This document shows positions 27,248 to 37,851 of a stretch of 64,000 bases of DNA, piece after piece. This DNA is from Escherichia phage PE37. Position 1 is the stretch's first letter, and every line of letters begins with the position of its first letter. The stretch lies in the sequence record NC_054929.1. One strand, written 5' to 3'. A program made the position numbers and the translations under genes. The notes under the pieces are model-generated. The model was not told the origin of the DNA. It searched no databases and was given only the letters and a program-made list of their open reading frames with translations.

Positions 27248-28926
27248 AGAATTTTAAACTTAATAGAGTAAAATATAAAAATATAATGTCAGTTGGTCAA
27301 AATGGGATTGACATTCAATTAGATAAGGTTCAAAAAACTCTTATTACTGGACGAAATGGCGGTGGTAAGTCTACTATGCTAGAAGCCATCACATTTGGGC
27401 TTTTTGGCAAGCCATTTCGTGATGTAAAGAAAGGTCAATTAATAAACAGCACAAATAAGAAAGAACTTTTAGTTGAACTGTGGATGGAATATGATGAGAA
27501 AAAGTACTATATCAAAAGAGGACAAAAACCGAACGTTTTCGAAATCACCGTTAACGGTACACGTCTTAATGAATCTGCCAGCAGTAAAGATTTCCAAGCA
27601 GAATTTGAACAGCTTATCGGAATGTCATATGCCAGTTTCAAGCAGATTGTTGTCCTTGGTACAGCAGGGTATACCCCTTTCATGGGTTTGTCGACCCCTG
27701 CGCGAAGAAAGCTTGTGGAAGACCTGCTCGAGGTAGGAACATTAGCTGAAATGGATAAGCTTAATAAAGCACTAATACGTGAATTAAATTCACAAAACCA
27801 AGTGCTTGATGTTAAAAAAGATAGTATTATCCAACAAATTAAAATATATAATGATAACGTTGAACGCCAGAAAAAATTAACGGGTGACAACCTTACTCGT
27901 CTTCAAAATATGTATGATGATTTGGCAAAAGAAGCTAGAACGCTAAAATCGGAAATAGAAGAAGCTAATGAAAGATTAGTTAATATTGTTTTAGATGAAG
28001 ACCCTACTGATGCATTTAATAAAATCGGTCAAGAAGCAGTTTTAATTAAATCAAAAATTGACTCGTATAATAAAGTCATTAATATGTATCACGAAGGTGG
28101 ATTATGTCCAACCTGTTTGTCACAATTAAGTTCCGGTGATAAAGTTGTTTCTAAAATTAAAGATAAAGTTTCTGAATGCACGCATTCGTTTGAACAGCTT
28201 TCAACACATCGTGATAATTTAAAAGTTCTTGTTGATGAATACCGAGATAATATTAAAACCCAGCAGTCGCTGGCAAATGATATTCGCAATAAAAAGCAAT
28301 CTCTAATCACGACGGTAGATAAAGCTAAAAAGGTTAAAGCGGCTATAGAAAAAGCATCTTCTGAGTTTATTGACCATGCTGATGAAATAGCATTGCTTCA
28401 AGAAGAACTTGATAAAATTGTTAAGACAAAAACTAATTTAGTAATGGAAAAATACCACCGAGGAATTTTGACTGATATGCTCAAAGATTCTGGTATTAAA
28501 GGTGCTATTATTAAAAAGTACATTCCATTATTTAATAAGCAGATTAACCATTATCTTAAAATAATGGAAGCGGATTATGTGTTTACATTAGATGAAGAAT
28601 TTAATGAGACAATTAAATCCCGTGGTCGTGAAGATTTTAGTTATGCTTCATTTAGTGAAGGTGAAAAAGCAAGAATTGATATTGCTCTTTTATTTACTTG
28701 GCGTGATATTGCTTCTATTGTATCTGGTGTTAGTATTAGTACATTAATACTCGATGAAGTGTTTGATGGGTCATTTGATGCCGAAGGTATTAAAGGTGTA
28801 GCTAATATTATAAATTCAATGAAAAACACTAATGTTTTTATAATTTCGCATAAAGACCATGACCCGCAAGAATACGGTCAGCATCTTCAAATGAAGAAAG
28901 TTGGTCGATTTACTGTAATGGTTTAA
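27244..28926 (+). CDS. 46: recombination endonuclease subunit gp46 (Rad50/SbcC-like ATPase)
   Basis: 560 aa, Walker A GRNGGGKST, zinc hook CPTC, coiled coils; GTG start. Confidence 0.92.
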   Translation: MKNFKLNRVKYKNIMSVGQNGIDIQLDKVQKTLITGRNGGGKSTMLEAITFGLFGKPFRDVKKGQLINSTNKKELLVELWMEYDEKKYYIKRGQKPNVFEITVNGTRLNESASSKDFQAEFEQLIGMSYASFKQIVVLGTAGYTPFMGLSTPARRKLVEDLLEVGTLAEMDKLNKALIRELNSQNQVLDVKKDSIIQQIKIYNDNVERQKKLTGDNLTRLQNMYDDLAKEARTLKSEIEEANERLVNIVLDEDPTDAFNKIGQEAVLIKSKIDSYNKVINMYHEGGLCPTCLSQLSSGDKVVSKIKDKVSECTHSFEQLSTHRDNLKVLVDEYRDNIKTQQSLANDIRNKKQSLITTVDKAKKVKAAIEKASSEFIDHADEIALLQEELDKIVKTKTNLVMEKYHRGILTDMLKDSGIKGAIIKKYIPLFNKQINHYLKIMEADYVFTLDEEFNETIKSRGREDFSYASFSEGEKARIDIALLFTWRDIASIVSGVSISTLILDEVFDGSFDAEGIKGVANIINSMKNTNVFIISHKDHDPQEYGQHLQMKKVGRFTVMV

Positions 28927-28936
28927 TTTATAAGAG

Positions 28937-28965
28937 ATTATGCTTTAATTTATTAGAGTATAATC
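28937..28965 (+). promoter_or_regulatory. MotA-dependent middle promoter
   Basis: attatgctttaatttattagagtataat (MotA box + TATAAT), flanked by inverted repeat. Confidence 0.5.
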
Positions 28966-28981
28966 TCTATGGAGGAAAAAC

Positions 28982-29170
28982 ATGGAATATTCAACTGGAC
29001 AGCATCTATTAACTTTTCCTGAAATAAAACGATATATTCTGAGAAATAATTTTTCTAATGAAGAGCATATAGTTACTGAATCTATGCTTAGGAATGCATT
29101 TAAAGCAGAATATACAAAAATAATGTCCAATAGAAATGAAGCTTGGACTGTTACTGATTATTATGACTAA
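28982..29170 (+). CDS. hypothetical protein (62 aa)
   Basis: Track ORF with GGAGGAAAAA RBS. Confidence 0.5.
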   Translation: MEYSTGQHLLTFPEIKRYILRNNFSNEEHIVTESMLRNAFKAEYTKIMSNRNEAWTVTDYYD

Positions 29171-29179
29171 AGGTGTATT

Positions 29180-29569
29180 ATGACTAAAATTACTGTGAAT
29201 TATAACGTTGATGTAAAAGATATTCAGCCAAAACACGTGCGTTCTGAATCAAATCCACAAAACCAAAATAAAATTCGTCGAGCATGGGTTTTGTCTCTTT
29301 CTGATAACGCAATGGAAGTTATTCAAAACAAAATTAAATCTGCACCTGCTCGTCATGCGTATTATGAAGCTATCGATCGTGAAGTAAGTAATAAATGGAT
29401 TGAACTAATGCGCAAACATACTACAGAATCCCTAAACGCCGGTGCTAAATTTATTATGACTTCATGTGGTGAACGCCTTGAAGATGATTATTGCGGTAAT
29501 GCAGATGAACGTCTAATTGTTGCTGCTCAAATTGTTGCGGAAACAATTGCGGCTGATTTTAATCGTTAA
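29180..29569 (+). CDS. rpbA: RNA polymerase-binding protein RpbA
   Basis: 129 aa, position between 46 and 45 as in T4. Confidence 0.8.
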   Translation: MTKITVNYNVDVKDIQPKHVRSESNPQNQNKIRRAWVLSLSDNAMEVIQNKIKSAPARHAYYEAIDREVSNKWIELMRKHTTESLNAGAKFIMTSCGERLEDDYCGNADERLIVAAQIVAETIAADFNR

Positions 29570-29594
29570 TTGCTTTATTAAATTAGTTATAAAA
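29568..29594 (+). promoter_or_regulatory. middle promoter (MotA box TTGCTTTAT) upstream of gene 45
   Basis: ttgctttattaaattagttataaaat. Confidence 0.4.
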
Positions 29595-29624
29595 TTAAAT
29601 CTCATTTGAATTGAAGGAAATTAC

Positions 29625-30311
29625 ATGAAACTGTCTAAAGATACTACTGCTCTGCTTAAAAATTTCGCTACTATTAACTCCGGTATTATGCTTAAATCCG
29701 GTCAATTTATTATGACTCGCGCAGTTAATGGTACAACTTACGCAGAAGCAAATATTTCTGACACTATTGATTTTGATGTAGCAATTTACGATTTGAACGG
29801 TTTTCTCGGTATTCTGTCCCTAGTTAATGACGATGCAGAAATTTCCCAGTCAGAAGATGGAAATATTAAAATTGCTGATGCCCGTTCAACAATTTTTTGG
29901 CCAGCAGCCGATCCGAGTACAGTAGTTGCTCCTAATAAACCAATTCCATTCCCGGTAGCATCTGTTGTTACTGAAATTAAAGCTGAAGACCTTCAACAAC
30001 TGTTGCGTGTATCTCGTGGTCTGCAGATTGATACAATTGCTATCACGGTAAAAGAAGGTAAAATCGTAATTAACGGTTTTAATAAAGTGGAAGATTCTGC
30101 TTTGACCCGTGTTAAATATTCTTTGACTCTTGGTGATTATGATGGTGAAAATACATTTAATTTCATTATCAATATGGCAAATATGAAAATGCAACCAGGA
30201 AATTATAAACTTCTGCTCTGGGCAAAAGGTAAACAAGGTGCTGCTAAATTTGAAGGTGAACATGCGAATTATGTAGTAGCTCTTGAAGCTGATTCTACCC
30301 ACGATTTTTAA
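29625..30311 (+). CDS. 45: sliding clamp gp45
   Basis: 228 aa, near-identical to recalled T4 gp45. Confidence 0.95.
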   Translation: MKLSKDTTALLKNFATINSGIMLKSGQFIMTRAVNGTTYAEANISDTIDFDVAIYDLNGFLGILSLVNDDAEISQSEDGNIKIADARSTIFWPAADPSTVVAPNKPIPFPVASVVTEIKAEDLQQLLRVSRGLQIDTIAITVKEGKIVINGFNKVEDSALTRVKYSLTLGDYDGENTFNFIINMANMKMQPGNYKLLLWAKGKQGAAKFEGEHANYVVALEADSTHDF

Positions 30312-30314
30312 TAG

Positions 30315-30330
30315 AGGGCTTCGGCCCTTT
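30315..30330 (+). terminator. UUCG-loop hairpin (GGGC-UUCG-GCCC)
   Basis: agagggcttcggcccttt. Confidence 0.6.
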
Positions 30331-30362
30331 ATAATTTACACTAAAACTTGAATGAGGAAATT

Positions 30363-31322
30363 ATGATTACCGTAAATGAAAAAGAACACATTCTTGAACA
30401 GAAATATCGTCCATCTACTATCGATGAATGTATTCTTCCCGCCTTTGATAAAGAAACCTTTAAATCTATTACAAGTAAAGGTAAGATTCCACATATTATT
30501 CTTCATTCTCCTTCTCCAGGAACAGGTAAAACAACTGTAGCGAAAGCATTGTGTCATGATGTAAATGCTGATATGATGTTTGTAAATGGATCAGACTGTA
30601 AAATTGATTTCGTTCGTGGTCCTTTGACTAATTTTGCTAGTGCAGCTTCATTTGATGGTCGTCAAAAGGTAATTGTTATTGATGAATTTGACCGCTCAGG
30701 TTTAGCAGAGTCTCAGCGACATCTTCGTTCCTTTATGGAAGCTTATAGTTCAAACTGTAGTATTATTATTACTGCTAACAATATTGATGGTATTATTAAA
30801 CCTCTCCAGTCACGCTGCCGAGTTATTACATTCGGTCAACCGACCGATGAAGATAAAATTGAAATGATGAAGCAGATGATTCGTCGATTGACTGAAATCT
30901 GCAAGCATGAAGGAATTGCTATAGCTGATATGAAAGTTGTAGCAGCTTTGGTTAAAAAGAATTTTCCTGATTTTCGTAAAACTATTGGCGAGCTCGATAG
31001 TTATTCATCTAAAGGTATTTTGGATGCTGGTATTTTATCACTGGTTACTAACGATCGTGGTGCTATTGATGATGTTCTTGAGTCTCTCAAAAATAAAGAT
31101 GTTAAACAACTCAGAGCTTTAGCACCAAAATATGCAGCCGATTATTCGTGGTTCGTGGGTAAACTTGCCGAAGAAATCTATTCACGTGTAACTCCACAGA
31201 GTATTATTCGTATGTACGAAATTGTCGGCGAAAATAATCAGTATCATGGTATTGCAGCTAATACTGAATTGCATTTAGCTTATCTTTTCATTCAGTTAGC
31301 ATGTGAAATGCAATGGAAGTGA
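30363..31322 (+). CDS. 44: clamp loader large subunit gp44
   Basis: 319 aa, Walker A SPGTGKTT; track ORF trimmed to ATG with GAGGAAA RBS. Confidence 0.95.
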   Translation: MITVNEKEHILEQKYRPSTIDECILPAFDKETFKSITSKGKIPHIILHSPSPGTGKTTVAKALCHDVNADMMFVNGSDCKIDFVRGPLTNFASAASFDGRQKVIVIDEFDRSGLAESQRHLRSFMEAYSSNCSIIITANNIDGIIKPLQSRCRVITFGQPTDEDKIEMMKQMIRRLTEICKHEGIAIADMKVVAALVKKNFPDFRKTIGELDSYSSKGILDAGILSLVTNDRGAIDDVLESLKNKDVKQLRALAPKYAADYSWFVGKLAEEIYSRVTPQSIIRMYEIVGENNQYHGIAANTELHLAYLFIQLACEMQWK

Positions 31323-31323
31323 T

Positions 31324-31887
31324 ATGAGCTTATTTGAAGATGATATTCAATTAAACGAGCATCAAGTTGCTTGGTATTCAAAAGATTGGACAGCTGTCCA
31401 ATCCGCTGCTGATTCTTTTAAAGAAAAAGCTGAAAATGAGTTTTTTGAAATAATTGGAGCTATTAATAATAAAACTAAATGTTCTATTGCTCAAAAAGAT
31501 TATTCAAAATTCATGGTTGAAAATGCATTATCACAATTTCCAGAGTGCATGCCAGCTGTATATGCTATGAATTTAATTGGATCAGGTTTAAGTGATGAAG
31601 CTCATTTTAATTATCTAATGGCTGCAGTTCCTCGTGGTAAAAGATATGGTAAATGGGCAAAACTGGTTGAAGATTCCACCGAAGTATTGATTATTAAGTT
31701 ACTTGCTAAGCGGTATCAAGTTAATACAAATGATGCAATTAACTATAAATCAATTCTTACTAAAAATGGAAAACTTCCTTTAGTATTAAAAGAACTAAAA
31801 GGTTTAGTCACGGATGATTTCTTGAAAGAAGTGACTAAGAACGTAAAAGAACAGAAACAACTCAAAAAACTAGCATTGGAATGGTAA
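31324..31887 (+). CDS. 62: clamp loader small subunit gp62
   Basis: 187 aa; ATG overlapping gene 44 stop. Confidence 0.9.
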   Translation: MSLFEDDIQLNEHQVAWYSKDWTAVQSAADSFKEKAENEFFEIIGAINNKTKCSIAQKDYSKFMVENALSQFPECMPAVYAMNLIGSGLSDEAHFNYLMAAVPRGKRYGKWAKLVEDSTEVLIIKLLAKRYQVNTNDAINYKSILTKNGKLPLVLKELKGLVTDDFLKEVTKNVKEQKQLKKLALEW

Positions 31888-31888
31888 A

Positions 31889-32257
31889 ATGATTGAAATT
31901 ACTCTTAAAAAACCTGAAGATTTTCTGAAAGTAAAAGAAACTTTGACTCGTATGGGAATTGCTAATAATAAAGATAAAGTTCTGTATCAGTCCTGCCACA
32001 TTCTTCAGAAAAAAGGACTATACTATATCGTTCATTTTAAAGAAATGCTTCGTATGGATGGTCGCCAGGTTGAAATGACAGAAGAAGATGAAGTTCGTCG
32101 TGATTCGATTGCATGGCTGTTAGAAGATTGGGGACTGATTGAAATCGTTCCTGGACAAAGAACTTTTATGAAAGATTTAACTAATAACTTCCGAGTTATT
32201 TCTTTTAAACAGAAACATGAATGGAAACTCGTTCCTAAATATACGATTGGTAATTAA
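31889..32257 (+). CDS. regA: translational repressor RegA
   Basis: 122 aa, matches recalled T4 RegA. Confidence 0.92.
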   Translation: MIEITLKKPEDFLKVKETLTRMGIANNKDKVLYQSCHILQKKGLYYIVHFKEMLRMDGRQVEMTEEDEVRRDSIAWLLEDWGLIEIVPGQRTFMKDLTNNFRVISFKQKHEWKLVPKYTIGN

Positions 32258-32258
32258 T

Positions 32259-32480
32259 ATGACTGCTATAACTCCACAAGAATACATGGCGTCTCTTAAA
32301 GAAAAATATAATCTTTCTGCAACAGAAACACTTTTTGATTTACCAGAAAACCTCCAACTAAAATTTCAGGTAGAATTTCAAAAATTAATTCATCCAGAAC
32401 AAAAACACTTTACCGCAGTCGTTAAGTCAATTAATGCAGATGGAATGACAATTTTTCACCGACAAATAGTACTAATTTAA
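32259..32480 (+). CDS. hypothetical protein (73 aa)
   Basis: Track ORF 32217..32480 trimmed to ATG 32259. Confidence 0.5.
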   Translation: MTAITPQEYMASLKEKYNLSATETLFDLPENLQLKFQVEFQKLIHPEQKHFTAVVKSINADGMTIFHRQIVLI

Positions 32481-32482
32481 GC

Positions 32483-32500
32483 AAGGGGCTTCGGCCCCTT
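32483..32500 (+). terminator. UUCG-loop hairpin terminator (GGGGC-UUCG-GCCCC)
   Basis: aaggggcttcggcccctt. Confidence 0.65.
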
Positions 32501-32520
32501 ATTTGGAGTATAATATATCA

Positions 32521-32558
32521 AGAGCCTAATAACTCGGGCTATAAACTAAGGAATATCT
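32521..32558 (+). promoter_or_regulatory. gene 43 translational operator (RNA hairpin bound by gp43)
   Basis: agagcctaataactcgggct hairpin plus RBS AAGGAA just upstream of gene 43 ATG, matching the known T4 operator. Confidence 0.7.
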
Positions 32559-35255
32559 ATGAAAGAATTTTATATCTCTATTGAAACAGTCGGAAATAAC
32601 ATTGTTGAACGTTATATTGATGAAAACGGAAAGGAACGTACTCGTGAAGTAGAATATCTTCCAACTATGTTTAGGCATTGTAAGGAAGAGTCAAAATACA
32701 AAGACATCTATGGTAAAAATTGTGCTCCTCAAAAATTTCCATCAATGAAAGATGCTCGAGATTGGATGAAACGAATGGAAGACATCGGTCTCGAAGCTCT
32801 CGGTATGAACGATTTTAAACTCGCTTATATCAGTGATACATATGGTTCAGAAATTGTTTATGACCGAAAATTTGTTCGTGTAGCTAACTGTGACATTGAG
32901 GTTACTGGTGATAAATTTCCTGACCCAATGAAAGCTGAATATGAAATTGATGCTATCACTCATTACGATTCAATTGACGATCGTTTTTATGTTTTCGACC
33001 TTTTGAATTCAATGTATGGTTCAGTATCAAAATGGGATGCAAAGTTAGCTGCTAAGCTTGACTGTGAAGGTGGTGATGAAGTTCCTCAAGAAATTCTTGA
33101 CCGAGTAATTTATATGCCATTCGATAATGAGCGTGATATGCTCATGGAATATATTAATCTTTGGGAACAGAAACGACCTGCTATTTTTACCGGTTGGAAT
33201 ATTGAGGGATTTGACGTTCCGTATATCATGAATCGCGTTAAAATGGTTCTCGGTGAACGTAGTATGAAACGCTTCTCTCCAATCGGTCGAGTAAAATCTA
33301 AATTAATTCAAAATATGTACGGTAGCAAAGAAATTTATTCTATTGATGGCGTATCTATTCTTGATTATTTAGATTTGTACAAGAAATTCGCTTTTACTAA
33401 TTTGCCGTCATTCTCTTTGGAATCAGTTGCTCAACATGAAACCAAAAAAGGTAAATTACCATACGACGGTCCTATTAATAAACTTCGTGAGACTAATCAT
33501 CAACGATACATTAGTTATAACATCATTGACGTAGAATCAGTTCAAGCAATTGATAAAATTCGCGGGTTTATCGATCTAGTTTTAAGTATGTCTTATTACG
33601 CTAAAATGCCTTTTTCCGGTGTAATGAGTCCTATTAAAACTTGGGATGCTATTATTTTTAACTCATTGAAAGGTGAACATAAGGTTATTCCTCAACAAGG
33701 TTCGCACGTTAAACAGAGTTTTCCGGGTGCATTTGTATTTGAACCTAAACCAATTGCTCGTCGATATATTATGAGTTTTGACTTGACGTCTCTGTATCCG
33801 AGCATTATTCGTCAGGTTAACATTAGTCCTGAAACTATTCGTGGTCAGTTTAAAGTTCATCCAATTCATGAATATATCGCAGGAACAGCTCCTAAACCGA
33901 GTGATGAATATTCTTGTTCTCCGAATGGATGGATGTATGATAAGCATCAAGAAGGTATCATTCCAAAGGAAATCGCTAAAGTATTTTTCCAGCGTAAAGA
34001 CTGGAAAAAGAAAATGTTCGCTGAAGAAATGAATGCCGAAGCTATTAAAAAGATTATTATGAAAGGCGCAGGGTCTTGTTCAACTAAACCTGAAGTTGAA
34101 CGATATGTTAAGTTCAGTGATGATTTCTTAAATGAACTATCGAATTATACTGAATCTGTTCTCAATAGTTTGATTGAAGAATGTGAAAAAGCAGCTACAC
34201 TTGCTAATACAAATCAGCTGAACCGTAAAATTCTTATTAACAGTCTTTATGGTGCTCTTGGTAATATTCATTTCCGTTACTATGATTTGCGAAATGCTAC
34301 TGCTATCACAATTTTCGGCCAAGTTGGTATTCAGTGGATTGCTCGTAAAATTAATGAATACCTGAATAAGGTGTGTGGAACTAATGGCGAAGATTTCATC
34401 GCAGCAGGTGATACTGATTCGGTATATGTTTGTGTAGATAAAGTTATTGAAAAAGTAGGTCTTGACCGCTTTAAAGAACAAAATGATTTAGTTGAATTCA
34501 TGAATCAGTTCGGTAAGAAAAAGATGGAACCTATGATTGATGTTGCATATCGTGAGTTATGTGATTATATGAATAACCGCGAGCATCTGATGCATATGGA
34601 CCGTGAAGCTATTTCTTGTCCTCCGCTCGGTTCAAAGGGTGTTGGTGGATTTTGGAAAGCGAAAAAACGTTATGCTCTGAACGTTTATGATATGGAAGAT
34701 AAGCGATTTGCTGAACCGCATCTAAAAATCATGGGTATGGAAACTCAGCAAAGTTCAACACCAAAAGCAGTACAAGAAGCTCTTGAAGAAAGTATTCGTC
34801 GTATTCTTCAGGAAGGTGAAGAGTCTGTCCAAGAATATTACAAGAACTTCGAGAAAGAATATCGTCAACTTGACTATAAAGTTATTGCTGAAGTAAAAAC
34901 TGCGAACGATATAGCGAAATATGATGATAAAGGTTGGCCAGGGTTTAAATGCCCGTTCCATATTCGCGGTGTGCTAACTTATCGTCGAGCTGTTAGCGGT
35001 CTGGGTGTAGCTCCAATTTTGGATGGAAATAAAGTAATGGTTCTTCCATTACGTGAAGGAAATCCATTTGGCGACAAGTGCATTGCTTGGCCGTCGGGTA
35101 CGGAACTTCCAAAAGAAATTCGTTCTGATGTACTGTCTTGGATTGACTACTCAACTTTGTTCCAAAAATCGTTTGTTAAACCGCTTGCGGGCATGTGTGA
35201 ATCGGCTGGTATGGACTATGAAGAAAAAGCTTCGTTAGACTTCCTGTTTGGCTGA
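32559..35255 (+). CDS. 43: DNA polymerase gp43 (family B, 3'-5' exonuclease)
   Basis: 898 aa, near-identical to recalled T4 gp43; motifs DTDS, SLYPS. Confidence 0.97.
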   Translation: MKEFYISIETVGNNIVERYIDENGKERTREVEYLPTMFRHCKEESKYKDIYGKNCAPQKFPSMKDARDWMKRMEDIGLEALGMNDFKLAYISDTYGSEIVYDRKFVRVANCDIEVTGDKFPDPMKAEYEIDAITHYDSIDDRFYVFDLLNSMYGSVSKWDAKLAAKLDCEGGDEVPQEILDRVIYMPFDNERDMLMEYINLWEQKRPAIFTGWNIEGFDVPYIMNRVKMVLGERSMKRFSPIGRVKSKLIQNMYGSKEIYSIDGVSILDYLDLYKKFAFTNLPSFSLESVAQHETKKGKLPYDGPINKLRETNHQRYISYNIIDVESVQAIDKIRGFIDLVLSMSYYAKMPFSGVMSPIKTWDAIIFNSLKGEHKVIPQQGSHVKQSFPGAFVFEPKPIARRYIMSFDLTSLYPSIIRQVNISPETIRGQFKVHPIHEYIAGTAPKPSDEYSCSPNGWMYDKHQEGIIPKEIAKVFFQRKDWKKKMFAEEMNAEAIKKIIMKGAGSCSTKPEVERYVKFSDDFLNELSNYTESVLNSLIEECEKAATLANTNQLNRKILINSLYGALGNIHFRYYDLRNATAITIFGQVGIQWIARKINEYLNKVCGTNGEDFIAAGDTDSVYVCVDKVIEKVGLDRFKEQNDLVEFMNQFGKKKMEPMIDVAYRELCDYMNNREHLMHMDREAISCPPLGSKGVGGFWKAKKRYALNVYDMEDKRFAEPHLKIMGMETQQSSTPKAVQEALEESIRRILQEGEESVQEYYKNFEKEYRQLDYKVIAEVKTANDIAKYDDKGWPGFKCPFHIRGVLTYRRAVSGLGVAPILDGNKVMVLPLREGNPFGDKCIAWPSGTELPKEIRSDVLSWIDYSTLFQKSFVKPLAGMCESAGMDYEEKASLDFLFG

Positions 35256-35268
35256 TAGAATAAATCTA

Positions 35269-35289
35269 GGGACCTCCAGGTCCCTTTTT
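35269..35289 (+). terminator. intrinsic terminator
   Basis: gggacc-tcca-ggtccc followed by ttttt. Confidence 0.7.
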
Positions 35290-35371
35290 CATACAAGTAA
35301 TATAAATCTATACTTATGAAAAACAGATGATTCTGGACATTTAGAATTCCCTAAAAAATTTTCACAAAACT

Positions 35372-35405
35372 GTTTACAAGAATGTTCTTCCATGGTACTA
35401 TACAA
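35372..35405 (+). promoter_or_regulatory. T4-type early promoter with conserved leader
   Basis: tgtttacaagaatgttcttccatggtactat + leader acaactatcaactactgatacggatttggataataaaATG. Confidence 0.6.
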
Positions 35406-35438
35406 CTATCAACTACTGATACGGATTTGGATAATAAA

Positions 35439-35675
35439 ATGAAAATTGTTATGGGTTGCTTAGCAGTTTGTTTAGTTGCATTAGCAGCAGTTCCATTTGT
35501 TAGTGTTGAAAATGATACTCAACCTGTGATTGAATCTAGCACTGTTATTCACACTAATGGTAAAATATCAGTTAAAATTGATGATAATCTTCATGTGAAT
35601 ACAAATGGATCTTTAGGTGTGCAAATGGGTAATACCTGCATAAGCACTACTGGAGTAATTACTACTTGCATTTGA
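35439..35675 (+). CDS. small secreted/membrane protein (78 aa)
   Basis: Track ORF trimmed to ATG after conserved leader; signal-peptide-like N-terminus. Confidence 0.55.
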   Translation: MKIVMGCLAVCLVALAAVPFVSVENDTQPVIESSTVIHTNGKISVKIDDNLHVNTNGSLGVQMGNTCISTTGVITTCI

Positions 35676-35685
35676 GGAAATTATT

Positions 35686-36066
35686 ATGAAAATCGCTATT
35701 TTGGTTATTGCATTAGGTCTTACTGGTTGTGTGGCTCAAGGACCGGTAGTAAATCAGTCTGATGCAGGAAAAATTGTAAACTGTTCAAGCAAGTTTTATA
35801 ATCCTAATGTCAAGTGTTATAAAGAAGCTCCAAAGCAAACAGTCGAACAAATGCAGGCGAATTTTGACGAAGCTATTCGTCCAGATGAATCTGCTCAAGC
35901 ATATCGTAATTCGGATGTAATTACACGCGAAGAAAAAATTGAAAACTACTGCGCCGAGCTTTGGGCAAATTGGGCTAATAATTACCAATGGCGTACCGGT
36001 AAAAATGCTCCGATGGAGTATGTAGTGAATTCTTATAATTCATGCGTAAAAAATTTGACTAAGTGA
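35686..36066 (+). CDS. predicted lipoprotein (126 aa)
   Basis: Signal peptide with lipobox LTGC. Confidence 0.6.
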   Translation: MKIAILVIALGLTGCVAQGPVVNQSDAGKIVNCSSKFYNPNVKCYKEAPKQTVEQMQANFDEAIRPDESAQAYRNSDVITREEKIENYCAELWANWANNYQWRTGKNAPMEYVVNSYNSCVKNLTK

Positions 36067-36073
36067 GGAAAAC

Positions 36074-36325
36074 ATGGAAACTTTAGTAGCAGGTTCAATT
36101 TTTATGGTTTTAGTTTCAGGTGTGTTGGCTATTATTATATACATGCTTCCATGGTTTATCGCCTTGATGCGTGGGTCAAAATCGACAGTAGGAATCTTTT
36201 TCACATCTTTACTGTTTAACTGGTCAATTATTGGTTGGTTTATTACATTTATTTGGTCAATTGCGGGTGAAACTAAAAAGTCTGCACAACCAAATCAGGT
36301 AATTATCATCAGAGAGAAGGAATGA
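36074..36325 (+). CDS. imm: superinfection immunity membrane protein Imm
   Basis: 83 aa, two TM helices, position upstream of gene 42 as in T4. Confidence 0.8.
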   Translation: METLVAGSIFMVLVSGVLAIIIYMLPWFIALMRGSKSTVGIFFTSLLFNWSIIGWFITFIWSIAGETKKSAQPNQVIIIREKE

Positions 36326-36471
36326 AAAGCAAAATTATAGCAGTGTTGCTTTTAATCTTGATGATTATAATAAGTATATACTATAGTGTAACGGTTCCTC
36401 TTATGATTCCAACTATTATTTTAGGTTGGGGTTTATTACTGTTACAAGTTAAATATGAATGTATCAATTGA
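36322..36471 (+). CDS. small membrane protein (49 aa)
   Basis: Hand-called ORF, ATGA overlap with imm; very hydrophobic. Confidence 0.4.
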   Translation: MKSKIIAVLLLILMIIISIYYSVTVPLMIPTIILGWGLLLLQVKYECIN

Positions 36472-36478
36472 GGTTTAA

Positions 36479-37219
36479 ATGATTAGTGACTCTATGACAG
36501 TTGAAGAAATCCGTCTTCATTTGGGGCTTGCATTAAAAGAAAAAGATTTCGTAGTTGATAAAACCGGTGTTAAAACTATTGAAATTATTGGCGCATCATT
36601 TGTAGCAGATGAACCGTTTATTTTTGGCGCTCTTAATGATGAATACATTCAGCGTGAACTTGAATGGTATAAATCTAAGAGCTTGTTTGTTAAAGATATT
36701 CCAGGTGAAACACCAAAGATTTGGCAGCAGGTAGCATCTTCTAAAGGCGAAATTAACTCGAATTATGGTTGGGCTATTTGGTCAGAAGATAACTATGCCC
36801 AGTATGATATGTGTTTAGCTGAACTTGGTCAAAATCCTGATTCTCGACGTGGTATCATGATTTATACTCGTCCATCCATGCAATTTGACTACAATAAAGA
36901 TGGTATGTCAGATTTCATGTGTACGAATACCGTACAATACTTGATTCGTGACAAGAAAATCAATGCGGTTGTTAACATGAGAAGCAATGATTGCTGGGCA
37001 GGCTATCGTAATGATTATGCATGGCAAAAATACGTATTAGATAAATTAGTATCTGATTTGAATGCAGGCGACCCATCGCGGCAATATAAAGCAGGTTCTA
37101 TTATATGGAACGTTGGAAGTCTTCATGTGTACGAAAATCAGTTTTATTTAGTTGACCATTGGTGGAACACTGGTGAAACTCATATTGCTAAAAAGGATTA
37201 TACTGGAAAATGGAAGTAA
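36479..37219 (+). CDS. 42: dCMP hydroxymethylase gp42
   Basis: 246 aa, thymidylate-synthase-like fold; length and position as in T4. Confidence 0.9.
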   Translation: MISDSMTVEEIRLHLGLALKEKDFVVDKTGVKTIEIIGASFVADEPFIFGALNDEYIQRELEWYKSKSLFVKDIPGETPKIWQQVASSKGEINSNYGWAIWSEDNYAQYDMCLAELGQNPDSRRGIMIYTRPSMQFDYNKDGMSDFMCTNTVQYLIRDKKINAVVNMRSNDCWAGYRNDYAWQKYVLDKLVSDLNAGDPSRQYKAGSIIWNVGSLHVYENQFYLVDHWWNTGETHIAKKDYTGKWK

Positions 37220-37851
37220 ATGCGCCACATGTTTATAAGTATAAACATCCTAAAACTAAAAAGTGGTATATAGGAAGTCATGATGGTCACAACCCGAATT
37301 ATGATGGTTCGGGTGTAGTTTGGCAACATGCTAAAAAGAAATATGGAATAAAATCCTTTAATAAAGAAATATTATATGAAGGACCAATGTTTAGACAGGT
37401 TGAAGAAATTATTTTAACTTGTTTAGATGCTGCTAATTGTCCGGATTCATATAATTTAAAGAATGAAGCATGGGGAGGAAGTTTTCCAGGCAAATTAAAT
37501 GGAATGTACGGTAAAAAACTATCTCCAGAAGAAAGATATAAGTGCGGAAATGCCTTTCGTGGAATCAAGCGTCCTGATCATTCTAAAAGAATGAAAGGCG
37601 AAGGTAATCCAATGTATGGTAAAAATGAGCAAGCATATGGAATTATAAATCGAGCAAAGGAAAATTCTGGTAAAACTTATGAAGAAATTTTTGGCGCAGA
37701 AAAAGCTAAAATAATTAAAGAAACGATGTCTAAAAATCGTAAAGGAAAACCTCATAATTTGATAGAAAAAATATGTCCGTATTGCGGACTAAAAGGACGT
37801 GGGCCAAATATGACAAGATACCATTTTGACAAATGTAAGGCACTTAAATGA
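37210..37851 (+). mobile_element. GIY-YIG homing endonuclease gene (Seg-like, free-standing)
   Basis: N-terminal VYKYKHP-x5-WYIGS motif, repeated GxxxS/NPMYGK motifs, C-terminal CPYC-x-CxxC zinc finger; absent at this locus in T4. Confidence 0.7.
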
